DNA of 60,743 nt, filler included, from Hydrolagus affinis (taxonomy: Eukaryota): the NCBI GenBank assembly GCA_012026655.1. It is 4 parts of 4 records of this genome, joined end to end, with 100 filler letters (N's around TTAATTAATTAA, not from the genome) between each part and the next. Parts side by side here need not be neighbours in the genome. Positions count along the whole stretch, not along the records: positions 48,425 to 60,743 come from JAAILG010022098.1; 3 more parts are not named here. One strand, written 5' to 3'. Below are positions 48,425 through 59,293 of the stretch, piece after piece; positions within the stretch are counted from its first letter, which is position 1, and every line of letters begins with the position of its first letter. Below the pieces are notes generated by a model. The model did not search any database. It was not told the origin of the DNA and saw nothing but the letters and a program-made list of their open reading frames with translations. The translations under genes were made by a program, and so were the position numbers.

Positions 48425-49549
48425 GCCTCAAAATTTGGTGGAAGCCGATTCCATAACAAGTTTCAGAAACAAGAGGAGAGAAATTTGTGGAAGACAAATT
48501 TGGAAGCCTTTTCGGTAAGTGTGGGTGTGTGGGATTCGTTGGCATTTTTCAAAGACCCGACACAGGCACAATGGACTGAATGTCCTATATATCTGCTTTA
48601 TAATTGTACGATAGTATTCCCTTGATGTTGAGAGGTTGTAGGGTGATATAATTGAGGTTTCCAATATAATAAATGGAATTAATGGAATAGCTATAGAAAA
48701 ACTTTTTCAACTGGTTTGGAATCCAGAACAAGAGATATCATCTTAAAATTGGAACCAAGAAGAGAAATCGCTGGTAACACTCAGCAAGCGAGATGTGATA
48801 ACAATAACAATAATAATCCTTGCATTAGATATACCGCTTTTTCACGTCCTCCAGACGTCTCAAAGCGCTTCAAATTATGTTCTGAAAGGTGAGTTGACTC
48901 CGTATTGATAGATGAAACATAGTAGCGGAGCAGATTCCCCACAAATGGTCTTGGAGTAAAATGACCAATTTTATTATTGTGGATTTTATTGGAAGGTTTA
49001 TTATTGAAGCATCCACGGAGAAAGGAAAGTGAGCCAACTTCTCGGGTCCAAGAAGCTTTATTCTGTAGTAGATTCATGGACCTGAAACGTGGACTCAATA
49101 TGCTTTCTCTATCGATGCTGCCTGGTCTGATGAGTATTCCCAGCGACTTCGCTTTTTGTTTCAAATTTCAAGCAGAATTTTGGTTTTTTTGCTTAAAATT
49201 AGAGTCTGACTCCGAGCCAGGGGTGGAGGAAACAGGGGCGGTGACCAAAAGCACGAATAAACAGGGTGGCACTTCGTCCTAGTTTCAAATTGGGGAGAGA
49301 GATATCAAGGCGGACGGATTGAGGGAGAGTGTCAGGGAGTATTAGTTTATGAAGTCACGGCCACTAACGGTGGAGTGGAAGGGACGAGACACAAACAGGA
49401 GTCTGGAGCCAGCCGAGTGCAGGGAAAGTAGCTACTGGAGGGGGGTGGGTTGTGGTAAGATAAACGGAACAGGCTCGATGGGCTGCATGGCCACCTCGTG
49501 TCCATATATTTTTTTGATCATGACTGGTGCTGAGGCTCATATTCATTAC

Positions 49550-49669
49550 CATGTTTGCGATTGTTGGTGATCTTTCTGACAGCTACAATGAGGATCCCAA
49601 GGAGCAGAAGAAACGCTATGGTTAGAATAGCATAAAGCAACTTCCTGTTTTCTGGACTTGTTGGTGGTT
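49550..49669 (-). CDS. VJ-C1 receptor gene 1, stalk + TM exon (EPPTSPENRKLLYAILTIAFLLLLGILIVAVRKITNNRKH-G)
   Basis: ttcctcag|AA..CAT G|gtaat, 120 nt, phase 1-1; uncharged hydrophobic segment between RK and RK. Confidence 0.85.
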
Positions 49670-50865
49670 CTGAGGAACGCAAAGAAATGATAAGCACATT
49701 ATAAGCGTATACTAAATTAGTGCCATCGTTGGAGCTGCGAATAATCGGCGGTATTTTTGACGGCAACAATCACTTCAAAAATAAAATTGATTAGGATTAA
49801 ATAAACTAAACAATAAAAAATGTGTCATTTCAATGCACGATTGTTTGTGAGAAATTGCTGTGCGCAATTTGCTGCTATATTTCCCCCACAAATACACATT
49901 CAATTCCCTTTGCAGTATTGTTGAGACGGCTAGAACATGTCAAAATATCCATATCGAATGCAAAGTTTGTTATCATTTACATTCAATAATAATAATTTGG
50001 CTAATGAATCTACTACTTTGTGCTAGACACTGCTGCTCACAATTAGATTGCCATTCTTCACCACAAACTAGAGTGAATTTGCATTGAATTATATATTGTC
50101 AAGTGCTGTGAGATGACTCGAAGATGTGATCTGCACTAGGGTAATTTCAATGATCGTTGTTATTATGATAAGCTTATTTTCAGTATAAGTAAAAATAACC
50201 CTTTGAATTGAGGAAGTGACTGCATAAGGACAAGACTGATCCAATGGCTTCAGTCAAGGGACTTGATCAGCACAATCCATTGACCCAAAGCCGAGATAGA
50301 TTATGTAGAGAAAGGAGAAAGCCAGGGATTGTTCTTCTAAGAGCAGAGAAGGTTGACAAGACATTGACTAGCCTTCTGGTTGTCTAACCTGTATAACGGG
50401 CGCTGGATAAATGCAAGTTACTATTGTTTCAATACGCTTCGCAGTAACATGTGTTGACCGTGCATTTTGTGGGAAAAACGTGGCAGCTAATTGTCCACAG
50501 TAATGTCCCACCAAAGCTATGGACTGCGTGACCAAATTCTTTTGAAGTCAAATTATTTCCAAAGGTTTATTGCTCCCGGAAAAATATTCCAAGAATCGAT
50601 TACAAAGCGCATTTCTACTTGCTGCAAGATAAACAGAGGCGTGTGTTTAATAAGGAATCCTGCCCAGCATTTTGCACTGTCCCACCCGCGAACAAAACCC
50701 GGGTCGTCTCGTTTGTGAGATGAGCGCTCCAAGAACTGAGCTACAGGAAAACATGTGGATGGTGAAAGGCGAACTGGATGGACCCTGGTCTTCTATCTAC
50801 TGACAATTTTGGATAGAGAAGAAAAACTAGGAGCCGGACAGGTCAATAGCTATGTGGCTGGTTAC

Positions 50866-51168
50866 CTGTGTGATATAATTCAGTTTGATTTCCAGTGTGT
50901 TCAGTGGAGTTGAGATGAATGCAAGTGCAGACAACGCCGCTCTCCCATATCTCCATTGAGATGTTGATCTCACCCCTGATGCTGTAGGTTCCATCTGGTC
51001 CTATGATACCCGAATCAGTCAGGCCCTCCATATGTTGTCCAGCCACCGTCCAGTGGATGGGAGAGGCACCTGGGGTCACTCCACTGACCACACACATCAA
51101 TGGGACAGTCTCCATTGACAGGATCTCATCCGATGCAGGAGATAAAATATATATTCTGGGGGGACCGG
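50866..51168 (-). CDS. VJ-C1 receptor gene 1, C1-set exon
   Basis: tctcag|CC..ACA G|gtaac, 303 nt. GPPRIYILSP..VPLMCVVSG..IHWTVAG..PDGTYSIRGEINIS..WESGVVCTCI. Confidence 0.88.
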
Positions 51169-52219
51169 CTGAGATCAGTGAACAGAAAACAATCAATTCA
51201 ACAGGACAACGTCAACACATCACAAGAACAACGATATTACATTTGTTTATTGCCTTTCACATCAGGAGGACATTTACAAAGCGCACACAGTTCTGCATAA
51301 GTGATCATTAAGCTACTTGGAGTGAAGTAATAATAATCTTTACGTTTCCCAGAAAGCCTGGTCTCGTCTGCAAGACGAGTCAATGCACATGATACGATAC
51401 ACACCATACGCGAAGTGACTGCGAGAATCGTGGCAGTGAATTGCGCACAGATGTGCAACAAACAGTCGTGGATGTAGCGACCATTTTCTTACCTTTTGAT
51501 TTTTGAGAGAATATTACCGCCAAAAAAGGTAATCCAACACTGGATTAACAACTGTTTACCTTCTTACTGCTGGTTAACAGAGTAAAGAAACTTAACCAAC
51601 ATTTCGCCCACTCTTGACTGAAAATTACGCTCAGTTCGTCTAGTTTGCAAGGCGAATGCTGTAGTTATGGGCTCTATGCCCAAAACAGACTGTGGATTAT
51701 GGCGGTATTCATTCCCATTGACAAGACTGGAATGGAGAAATCTTTTGTAGGTCAGGGTATCAATGGGGATGTGGCAAAGGCTGGTAATTGTAATTAAGAT
51801 ATAGGTCAGTCGCGATCTTAGAGAATGGCCAGACAGGCTCACGGAGCTGAAAGCCCTCCATCTGTTTGGCTGTTCTTAAATTCCTATTGTGTCCTGTATT
51901 TCAATGCAAAAAACATTCGCCTCACCTGCGAGAGGATCTGGGTTCGATTTCCGTCAGAGCAAAATGTCAGGCAAATTCTCTTGAATCGCTTCTCCAGCGT
52001 TAATAATTTAATCAAAAACAAAAATAAGAATTAATTCGTTACTTCGTTTATGGGAAACTGTGCTGCACAATTGGCTGCCATGTTCGCTAACAAAATATAC
52101 AGGCAACACACTATATCATGTGAAGTGCAGTGAGATGTTTTGAAGACACAAACAGGTGCTAAAGCGAATGAAAGGGTTATTGTGATTCTTACGCATAAAA
52201 AAAGGATGGTGAAACGTAC

Positions 52220-52552
52220 CTGCAATTATGACCTCGGAGCCATTCCCAAATACAACGGTTCCACTTGTATAATTTCTAGCAGAACAGAAATATGTCCCCG
52301 AGTCATTTCTCTGAGCATTTTCGATGATGAGAATATGATGATAACGGTCAGTTTTGTTCTCCTTCTGTAGCCCATTTGGAGAAGTTTGTGTTGCTGTGTA
52401 ACTTTTTAGCTTCCCATTGTGTCTCTGTGTGTACCATCTAACAGCAATGCTCAGTGAGTGCATGCTGCCGTAACAATGAATCTTTACAGTGTTCCCAACC
52501 GCCAATGTCTGCAGTGCTGGAGCCTGCTCCAAAGCCATCCGCGGTACCACAA
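52220..52552 (-). CDS. VJ-C1 receptor gene 1, germline V+J exon
   Basis: ctttcag|TT..GCA G|gtacg, 333 nt. LEQAP..VGNTVKIHC..VRWY..HILIIENAQRNDSGTYFCSARNYTSGTVVFGNGSEVII; FGxG J motif in the same exon with no RSS. Confidence 0.9.
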
Positions 52553-53071
52553 CTGAAAGAAAGTCAAACATTAAGCCGGATGATAGCCAAGTCATTGATT
52601 CACAGAAATAAATTGTTTGTGAAGAACTAATAATAATATGCAATATTAATATTGCTTCTGAACCATCTCAACATACTTCACGGAAAATATTAATCATAAT
52701 AATCATTCTGAGGCATCTCAAAGCTCTTCACAGATTAGATTATCAAGTGAATTGCGTGTACATGTTCCATCGGCTGCCGAGTTTAACGCACAACCCAATT
52801 GCCAGTATATATTCTTGACAAGTGAAACGCTATGTGATAAACTGAAGATATGTTGCTTCGCTGTATCAAATGCAATGATTATTATCGTTATCTCCCAGTT
52901 AGAATTGGTGATTCACCCCATTTCTTTTTCATGAGATGTTACTGTGCGGCAGCAAGTACACAGCAACTATAATTTACAGTAAACCCTACAAATATATTTC
53001 GAAACTCTCCATAAAAAACACCACAATTATTATTTTGACTGTTGGATCTGATGACAAAATTGAAATCTAAC

Positions 53072-53114
53072 CTTGGAGAAGATGAGAAAGCGCACAGATG
53101 TTTAAGGCCCTCAT
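53072..53114 (-). CDS. Probable leader exon of VJ-C1 gene 1 (MRALNICALSHLLQ-V)
   Basis: 43 nt, phase 1, weak gttaga donor. An alternative upstream exon with a gtgaga donor near 53445 is possible. Confidence 0.5.
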
Positions 53115-53125
53115 TGTGTGTGTGT

Positions 53126-53157
<32 letters not shown>

Positions 53158-53180
53158 TTGTGTTTGTGTGTGTGTGCGTG
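53115..53180. repeat. (GT)n microsatellite directly upstream of the gene 1 candidate ATG
   Basis: Imperfect GT tract. Confidence 0.9.
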
Positions 53181-53517
53181 TGCTTGGCTCTGGGCTGTTT
53201 TTAAGTGGCTGAATACTTTCCCCTCAGTAAGAATAATACCATTATGGTCAGTTTGGGACCTGGAAAGTTTGACATACAGAGCGAGATTGGAAAAACACAT
53301 GTTTATTAATAACTCGAGAATAAACCGTTTACACATTGTTTCAGGCAATACATATATTTGTGGTTTTCCTGTTTGTGTATTGAACGCCCACATGTACAGT
53401 GTGGTCTGTAAAGGGCATCCAATCATATTACTTTTTTCTCTCTCACCTCCAAACAGCGAGCGAGATGTGCACATGGAGCGAGATTTGATGCAGTGACCAA
53501 ATTAATGACACATCGAG

Positions 53518-53534
53518 TGTGGTCTGAATGTGGT
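53518..53534 (+). promoter_or_regulatory. Paired RUNX sites (TGTGGT x2) in the divergent intergenic region
   Basis: TGTGGT at 53518-53523 and 53529-53534; a third near 53400. Confidence 0.35.
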
Positions 53535-55121
53535 GAAACACCCCAGTCAGTCAATGGCAATAGCAGAAATATACCAATCTAGTTATTGAAACCATGGCCC
53601 TTGTGGGACGTCAAAATACGCAATTGGCTGCTGCGTTTCGACCATTAAATACACTCAATTCGCTTTACAATATATTCTGTGAAGTGCTTTGAGACATCTC
53701 AAAGAAATGATATGGCTCTGTATTGATTACTATGATTATTATTATCTTCGTTATCATGTTGTTTGAGAATCCAGGCATCTACTCTCAAGTGAGTTGCCAT
53801 TTAATTTTCCATAATTGATAGACAATCCGATCAAGCACATTAATTTCAATTAAGACTGATTATCTACAATAGAGAATGAGACTTTCCTGGAGTTTGAGAC
53901 TACTTGATGATAAACCACTCTATGAAACCCAGTGGATTGTTACTGTTATTTGTTGAAATTAAAGTAATTTTCCATTTTCATTAAAATATTGATTGAGTGT
54001 TTTAGCAACACAACTCTATCCAGAACATTGACACAAATAAAGAACTTCAGAATCGCAGCTGAAAAGAAGAAAAGCTTATAACCAACATGAAGAATTCTCT
54101 ATTTAAATTGTATGCACTCCCATTATCCTTAGGTTTTCTCTCCGATGAAATGCTGAGGTTTAATGATTGTGCTATGTTTACTGCAAAGAAATATAATGAT
54201 CCCAAATTTTCCATCCCCGTGTTCAATGTAAAGATTATAATTATTCAAATGTACTTTATGTATGTGAGATTTTCATGAATGATTGAAAGTAGTTAGCTTG
54301 CACATATAGTCACAATCGTTATGGGGCTTCAATATTCAGTTGAATTCATTCGAAAATCATCAGTTTAGGGAGGAAATTAAGCAGCTTAATTTCGTACAGA
54401 CTGTCTAGCTTGCAACAGTACAATTGCACCACGGTAGAAACCTTGACTGCAATTATGAAAAGCTGAAGTAAAGTCGTGCATCCGTGGGAGAGGACCTGTG
54501 TTGGAATCCTTGTCAAGTCAGGTCGAGAAGTTGGGCAATTTTCGTTGTTCCACACAGTTCCCTCTGTTTAGCTAGCTTTCAATAGCAACCGAATTTTTAT
54601 TCAATTGACTGATTGTTAGATGAGCTTTTAATCCAATTAATAATTATCACAAAAATTTGGTCACTCAATGGAAGGATGTTTTGGGACCACTTGCATGCAC
54701 AACCGGCTTGCGCTTTCGCCAACAAAGTACACAGTCAATCCACTTGTTAGTACATTATTTGAGGCAACGTGAGTTGTCTCGATGACGTAAAACACCGCTG
54801 TATCAATCAAAGGATTATTATTATTGTTGTTGCAAATGCAAAGGTTTAACCGAGGTTAAATGCAAGTGTGTACAGTATTGACCTATGTGTCCAAGGCAGG
54901 TCTCACTACGTTATGGAATGTCTCACAATGATCACTGTCTACAAGGCAAGTCTGGCCACTGTGAGACAGAGAGTTTGCAGTGAGCTGTTCTTGTCTGTGA
55001 GCAGAAACATAATGGATCTCTATCTCAAGCGTGGGTTAAAGAATACTTCCCCCCATTTCTTCCACTAACTCGCAAGTAGCAAGTAACTCAGCAGCAAACT
55101 GGCCGGATCGCTTGATTCATC

Positions 55122-55176
55122 ATGTCGAAAATACTGTCTTCAATGCTTCTCTCTGTCATGCTGTCCTGGATAAGCA
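55122..55176 (+). CDS. VJ-C1 receptor gene 2, leader exon (MSKILSSMLLSVMLSWIS-K)
   Basis: 55 nt ATG..A|gtaagt, phase 1, hydrophobic. Confidence 0.85.
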
Positions 55177-55589
55177 GTAAGTTTAAACACGTGACGAGAT
55201 CATTTAACGGGAGGTTGGCAGGGATCGATTTTGAGAGGAGCGATTATTTAGTACCATAAATTCAGACAAGGAAAGGCGTATAGCGGAGGAAGAGAATAAG
55301 TGAATAGTGACAAGTAAAATTACAATGTTGCCTCGCACACGTTTGACAAAAAAAAACTCAATTCAAATAGTTTTTGATTTTCAAAGCGGAATTAATTCAG
55401 CTTTCAGGCCAAAGAGTAAGGTAACAGCAGGGACGTGATTTGAATCTATTTCTCTCCCGCAGTATTAATAATAATGATAATGATCACAAGCCTTTCATTT
55501 GACCATGCGACTGATCACATCTTCGAGAAGTCTCAGAGCGTTTCGCAGGATCCATTGTAAACTGCAGTGTCAGTACGATTTTATCTCTG

Positions 55590-56000
55590 GGTTACTGTCT
55601 GGCTTGCTGTACATTTTGTTTACATAAAAGCTCCGGGACGCTGCCATGGGGTGGCTTTATCTAAAATTAATTGTTGTCTACTTCGTGTCTCCTGCCTCCC
55701 CCGCCCCACCATTGAGAATCAGGGCTTCAGAGACTCTGCCCCAACCATTTGGAAATCCATCCCGGATTCCCTTATTCTCGCCCTCTCCCTTTTCCTCTTT
55801 CTAGTGGAGACTCAAGATCCGCCTCCTCGATCGTGCGTTCGGCCACCCTCCTATCCGGATCCTCGCGACCGTTCACCACTCCTGATCCTATCTCACCAGA
55901 TCGGGTGCGGACCCTGATAATCCCAGTAATTTGTATCGTCTCACAATGTGAATATCAGGCGCTATATAGGAGTGATTTGGTATTGTATTGTTGTTTCTTT
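55590..56000 (+). mobile_element. LINE2 3' fragment in gene 2 intron
   Basis: GFRDSAPTIWKSIPDSL and AGGCGCTATATA..(TTG)n tail. Confidence 0.65.
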
Positions 56001-56044
56001 CGTTAAACTCCAATTACATTTAAACGGCTGTGTTTCCCATTCAG

Positions 56045-56362
56045 AAACAGAAGCTCTCCCGTCGCTGTATCCCTATCTCCGTATGTTCAAGGTCGGGGAG
56101 GATATTGAGGTACCATGCTATACAAGCTACGAAATAGCATCTGTGCACAAAGCTCTTTGGTACAAACAAACTCACGGCGAAGCCCCACGACTCATCGACA
56201 TTCGATCCTGCAAAAGGTCATCTTGTAGATTTGCTGCTGTAACAGTCAATGCAGCTTTTAAACTGAAAATCCGTGATGTGCAGAGAAACGATTCTGGCTC
56301 ATATTACTGCTCTGCACAGCACAGGTCCCTTCTATGGAACGCATCCACTCTACTTGTAGGAG
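56045..56362 (+). CDS. VJ-C1 receptor gene 2, V(+J-like) exon
   Basis: cattcag|AA..GGA G|gtaag, 318 nt. KVGEDIEVPC..ALWYKQTHGEAPRLI..SCKRSSCRF..FKLKIRDVQRNDSGSYYCSAQHRSLLWNASTLLVG; shares QRNDSG.Y.CSA with gene 1. Confidence 0.9.
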
Positions 56363-57234
56363 GTAAGAATTCCACTTTTTGGATGTCTGACGCATTCCAT
56401 CTACACATGGAAATCCCAGTGCTATATTAATAGAGTACAATGCACGCGCCCCGCTCCCTGGAGGTACGCACAATGCTTAACAAACTCCAGAAAGTATTAG
56501 TTGCAGGTTGGCGAGAGCAAAGGCTTGCTGAAAGAGTGGAGAGGGGGGAGACGAGAGAGTGCATTTGGGTAACTGCTGGAGTCTATTCAGCTAAACCCAC
56601 TTGAATCGCCATTTGAGATATTCGCTCTCCAACAATCCCGCCAAAGGAACCTTTATCTTGCTCTAATCTTCGTTTTCACCTCTACTCTAGCCACGCTCCC
56701 ACAACCAAACTGCCTGATCTCCACTAACCCTGACCCCATTTCCTAGCTCAGTTGCATAGAACGCTGACTGTGTAGCGCTTTGGGGCACCCTCCTTGCATG
56801 GTGTCGATAGAGAAGTGTAAGTTGTTGCTGTTGATATCGCTGTCTGGCTTAGATAAAGTGATCGTATTATTTGCATTTGGTGTAGTACTTTTCACATTAT
56901 CGCGATGTCTGAAAGTGCTTCACAGAGTGTAAAAAGAAGTTGGCGGTGTATTGTTGAGAGACATATGGTAGTCAATTGCGAACAGCCATGTCCCACAAAC
57001 AGTCCTGGATTGAAATCACCAAATTATTTTTGAGGGATTATTATTACGCATGTGGAGTAAGATGTTTGCCTAAAATTGCGCCCTGAACTGCCTGGATACC
57101 AAAACAGGTCTTATGGTTGTTAGGTAAGTGCTCTATCCACTGAGATAAGGAGCCCAGTTTTCTCACTATCACAGGTAACAGTATAACTGAGAAGGTGCAA
57201 AATAATGTTTCCTCCGGTCTATCTCCCACCTCAG

Positions 57235-57555
57235 AGAGTTCCACAGACAGGACCTCCTTGCAAATATTCGTGCCTCGGTTTCACCTGGATTCGGTTGAAT
57301 CATTTCCCTTGGTGTGTTTGGTCAGTGCAGTGACCTACAATATGGTTCCCGTGTTCTGGAATGTGTCAGGACAAGTGATGGCGGGAACGAGTGATCAAGG
57401 GACGTCCCAACCTGACGGGACTTACAGTGTGAGGAGTCAGATCATCATCTCGAAGGACATCTGGATCATAGGTGCCATGTGCACCTGTATTGTTCAAGTG
57501 TCTCAAGAGAAGACTATGGAGAAGAGCGTGAGCTACCCAGAGCAAAGGAGAAATG
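57235..57555 (+). CDS. VJ-C1 receptor gene 2, C1-set exon
   Basis: cctcag|AG..AAT G|gtgag, 321 nt. PLVCLVSAVT..PVFWNVSGQVM.G..DQG..PDGTYSVRSQIIIS..W..GAMCTCI; colinear with the gene 1 C1. Confidence 0.9.
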
Positions 57556-57694
57556 GTGAGTTTATAGATTTATTATCTACTAACGATTAGTTAGTCGCTG
57601 TAACTCGGTGGTTAGAGCGCTCGCCATGAGTCGACCCGGGTTCATTTCCCTACCATGTCAGGGTGAAACGTTGGACACTCTTATTGCTCGTGAG

Positions 57695-57970
57695 TCCTGT
57701 AGCTCAGTGGTTAGATCACTTGTCTTACAAGCGTGAGAACTCTGTTCAGGGCGAAACCTGGACACACACAGCCCTAATGCCATTCCCTCCAGTAAAAAAA
57801 CACGATAATAAAGTATGGTTATTTTCAATCCACGACTGTTGTGGAGACGCTGCTATGCGCAATTGGCTGCCGCGTTTCGCCCACAAATATACGGTTAAAT
57901 TGCTTTACTGTATATTCCGTGAAGTGCTTTGAAAAGCGCTATACCATATAAAGGTTCATTATTATTACCA
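57695..57970 (+). mobile_element. tRNA-derived SINE
   Basis: GAGTCCTGTAGCTCAGTGGTTAGATCACTTGTCTTACAAGCGTGAG head; CCACGACTGTTGTGG..GCGCAATTGGCTGCC body; AAAAGCGCTATA tail. Confidence 0.8.
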
Positions 57971-58541
57971 CATACACACGCACATAAATCTCTGTTTACC
58001 AAATAGTAAGTAGGAACTCGTTTGTTTGTCAGTTGGTGGATCCCTTTTCTGTGGGTAATAATACCTTGAAAATATATATTTTTTAAAAAGTTATAGTTAG
58101 ATCTCTTGACCTCGCGACTGTTTGTGGGGATGTCGCTGTATGCAATTGGCTGCAGAGTTTCACCTACAAAAGGTGAAAGTCACTTTTACATTGCAGCCAG
58201 TGAAGCGCTTTGAAATTGATGTAGAGTGCTAAAAAGCGTTGTCTCACGGGCAAGGATGATTATTATTATTACATTCTAAACTAATGGTCGGAGTTGCCGA
58301 TAATATAAGTTTACTCCAAACACATGCGCACATATGTTTACCAGCATTAAGTTCTAACCCGCTTGTTGCTCAACAGGCAAATCCTTATCTCGAGGTAATA
58401 TTCCTTCATCACAAAAAAATTACAAAAGTTTGTGGAACTAGATTGTGTGTACAATGTTTGGCAGCTACGAATGTGACCAGTAATTGGATCGTCTCACTCT
58501 CACGCTCTTTCTCTCATTCAAATTATTTCTCTAAACTGCAG

Positions 58542-58643
58542 ATAATTACTATCTTCTGATCATCATTGGGGTCATTGCTCTGGTCCTGCTGATTGTACTT
58601 CTGCTGCTTATCTTCGCCCCACTTTGCAAATGCAATCTTACAG
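58542..58643 (+). CDS. VJ-C1 receptor gene 2, TM exon (DNYYLLIIIGVIALVLLIVLLLLIFAPLCKCNLT-G)
   Basis: ctgcag|AT..ACA G|gtaaac, 102 nt, phase 1-1. Not in the ORF track; read by hand. Confidence 0.88.
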
Positions 58644-59293
58644 GTAAACAACAAGAACAATAACAAAATTACATTTAGAGAGCGCTTTTCATGTCGGGAA
58701 GACGAGTTAAGGCGCCTTATATTCAGAGTGTAATTTTAACAGAACCTGTATTTTTATCTTCAACTTGACTAATAAGTTAAGATAGTTTTCGATAGAAGAA
58801 TTTTGAGAGGACAAATTTGCTAGGCTACGGGGGAAAGTGCGGGGCGATTGATAGCTCTATTAAGGAGCCGGCGTTGTCACAATGGGCTGAATGAAGTACA
58901 ATTCTATGTCTCTACTAACAAGAAAGACAAAACGACATTACATTAACACAATAAAACGTTGTTAAAGTTTCCGTACTCCCACGCACTTCTAATTACCAAA
59001 AGTGAGCTGGAAACTTCCTGTTAATGAAATGCTGGATAACTTTTCAGGAGATAATAATTGGTTCCGGAAAGTAAGAAAATAACAGTTTGGTCAATCGACC
59101 CATGACTATTTGACGGACGCTGCTGTGCGCAATTCTCTGCCGCTTTCACCCAGAAAAAAAATACAGTCAATTCACTTGACAATGTGTCCAGTGAATCGCA
59201 TTGAAACGTCTCAACGAAATGATAGGACGCTTTGTCGAATGCAACGATTATAAATGTTAATTTCATTTTGTTCTCCTGATGTGTTTCAAGCAG

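Noticed and set aside
56315-56358. CACAGCA/CACAGGT just after the YYCSA codons of gene 2 as a relic RSS
   Set aside because: No nonamer at 12 or 23 nt (best 4/9), and the frame continues through a normal G strand to a splice donor.
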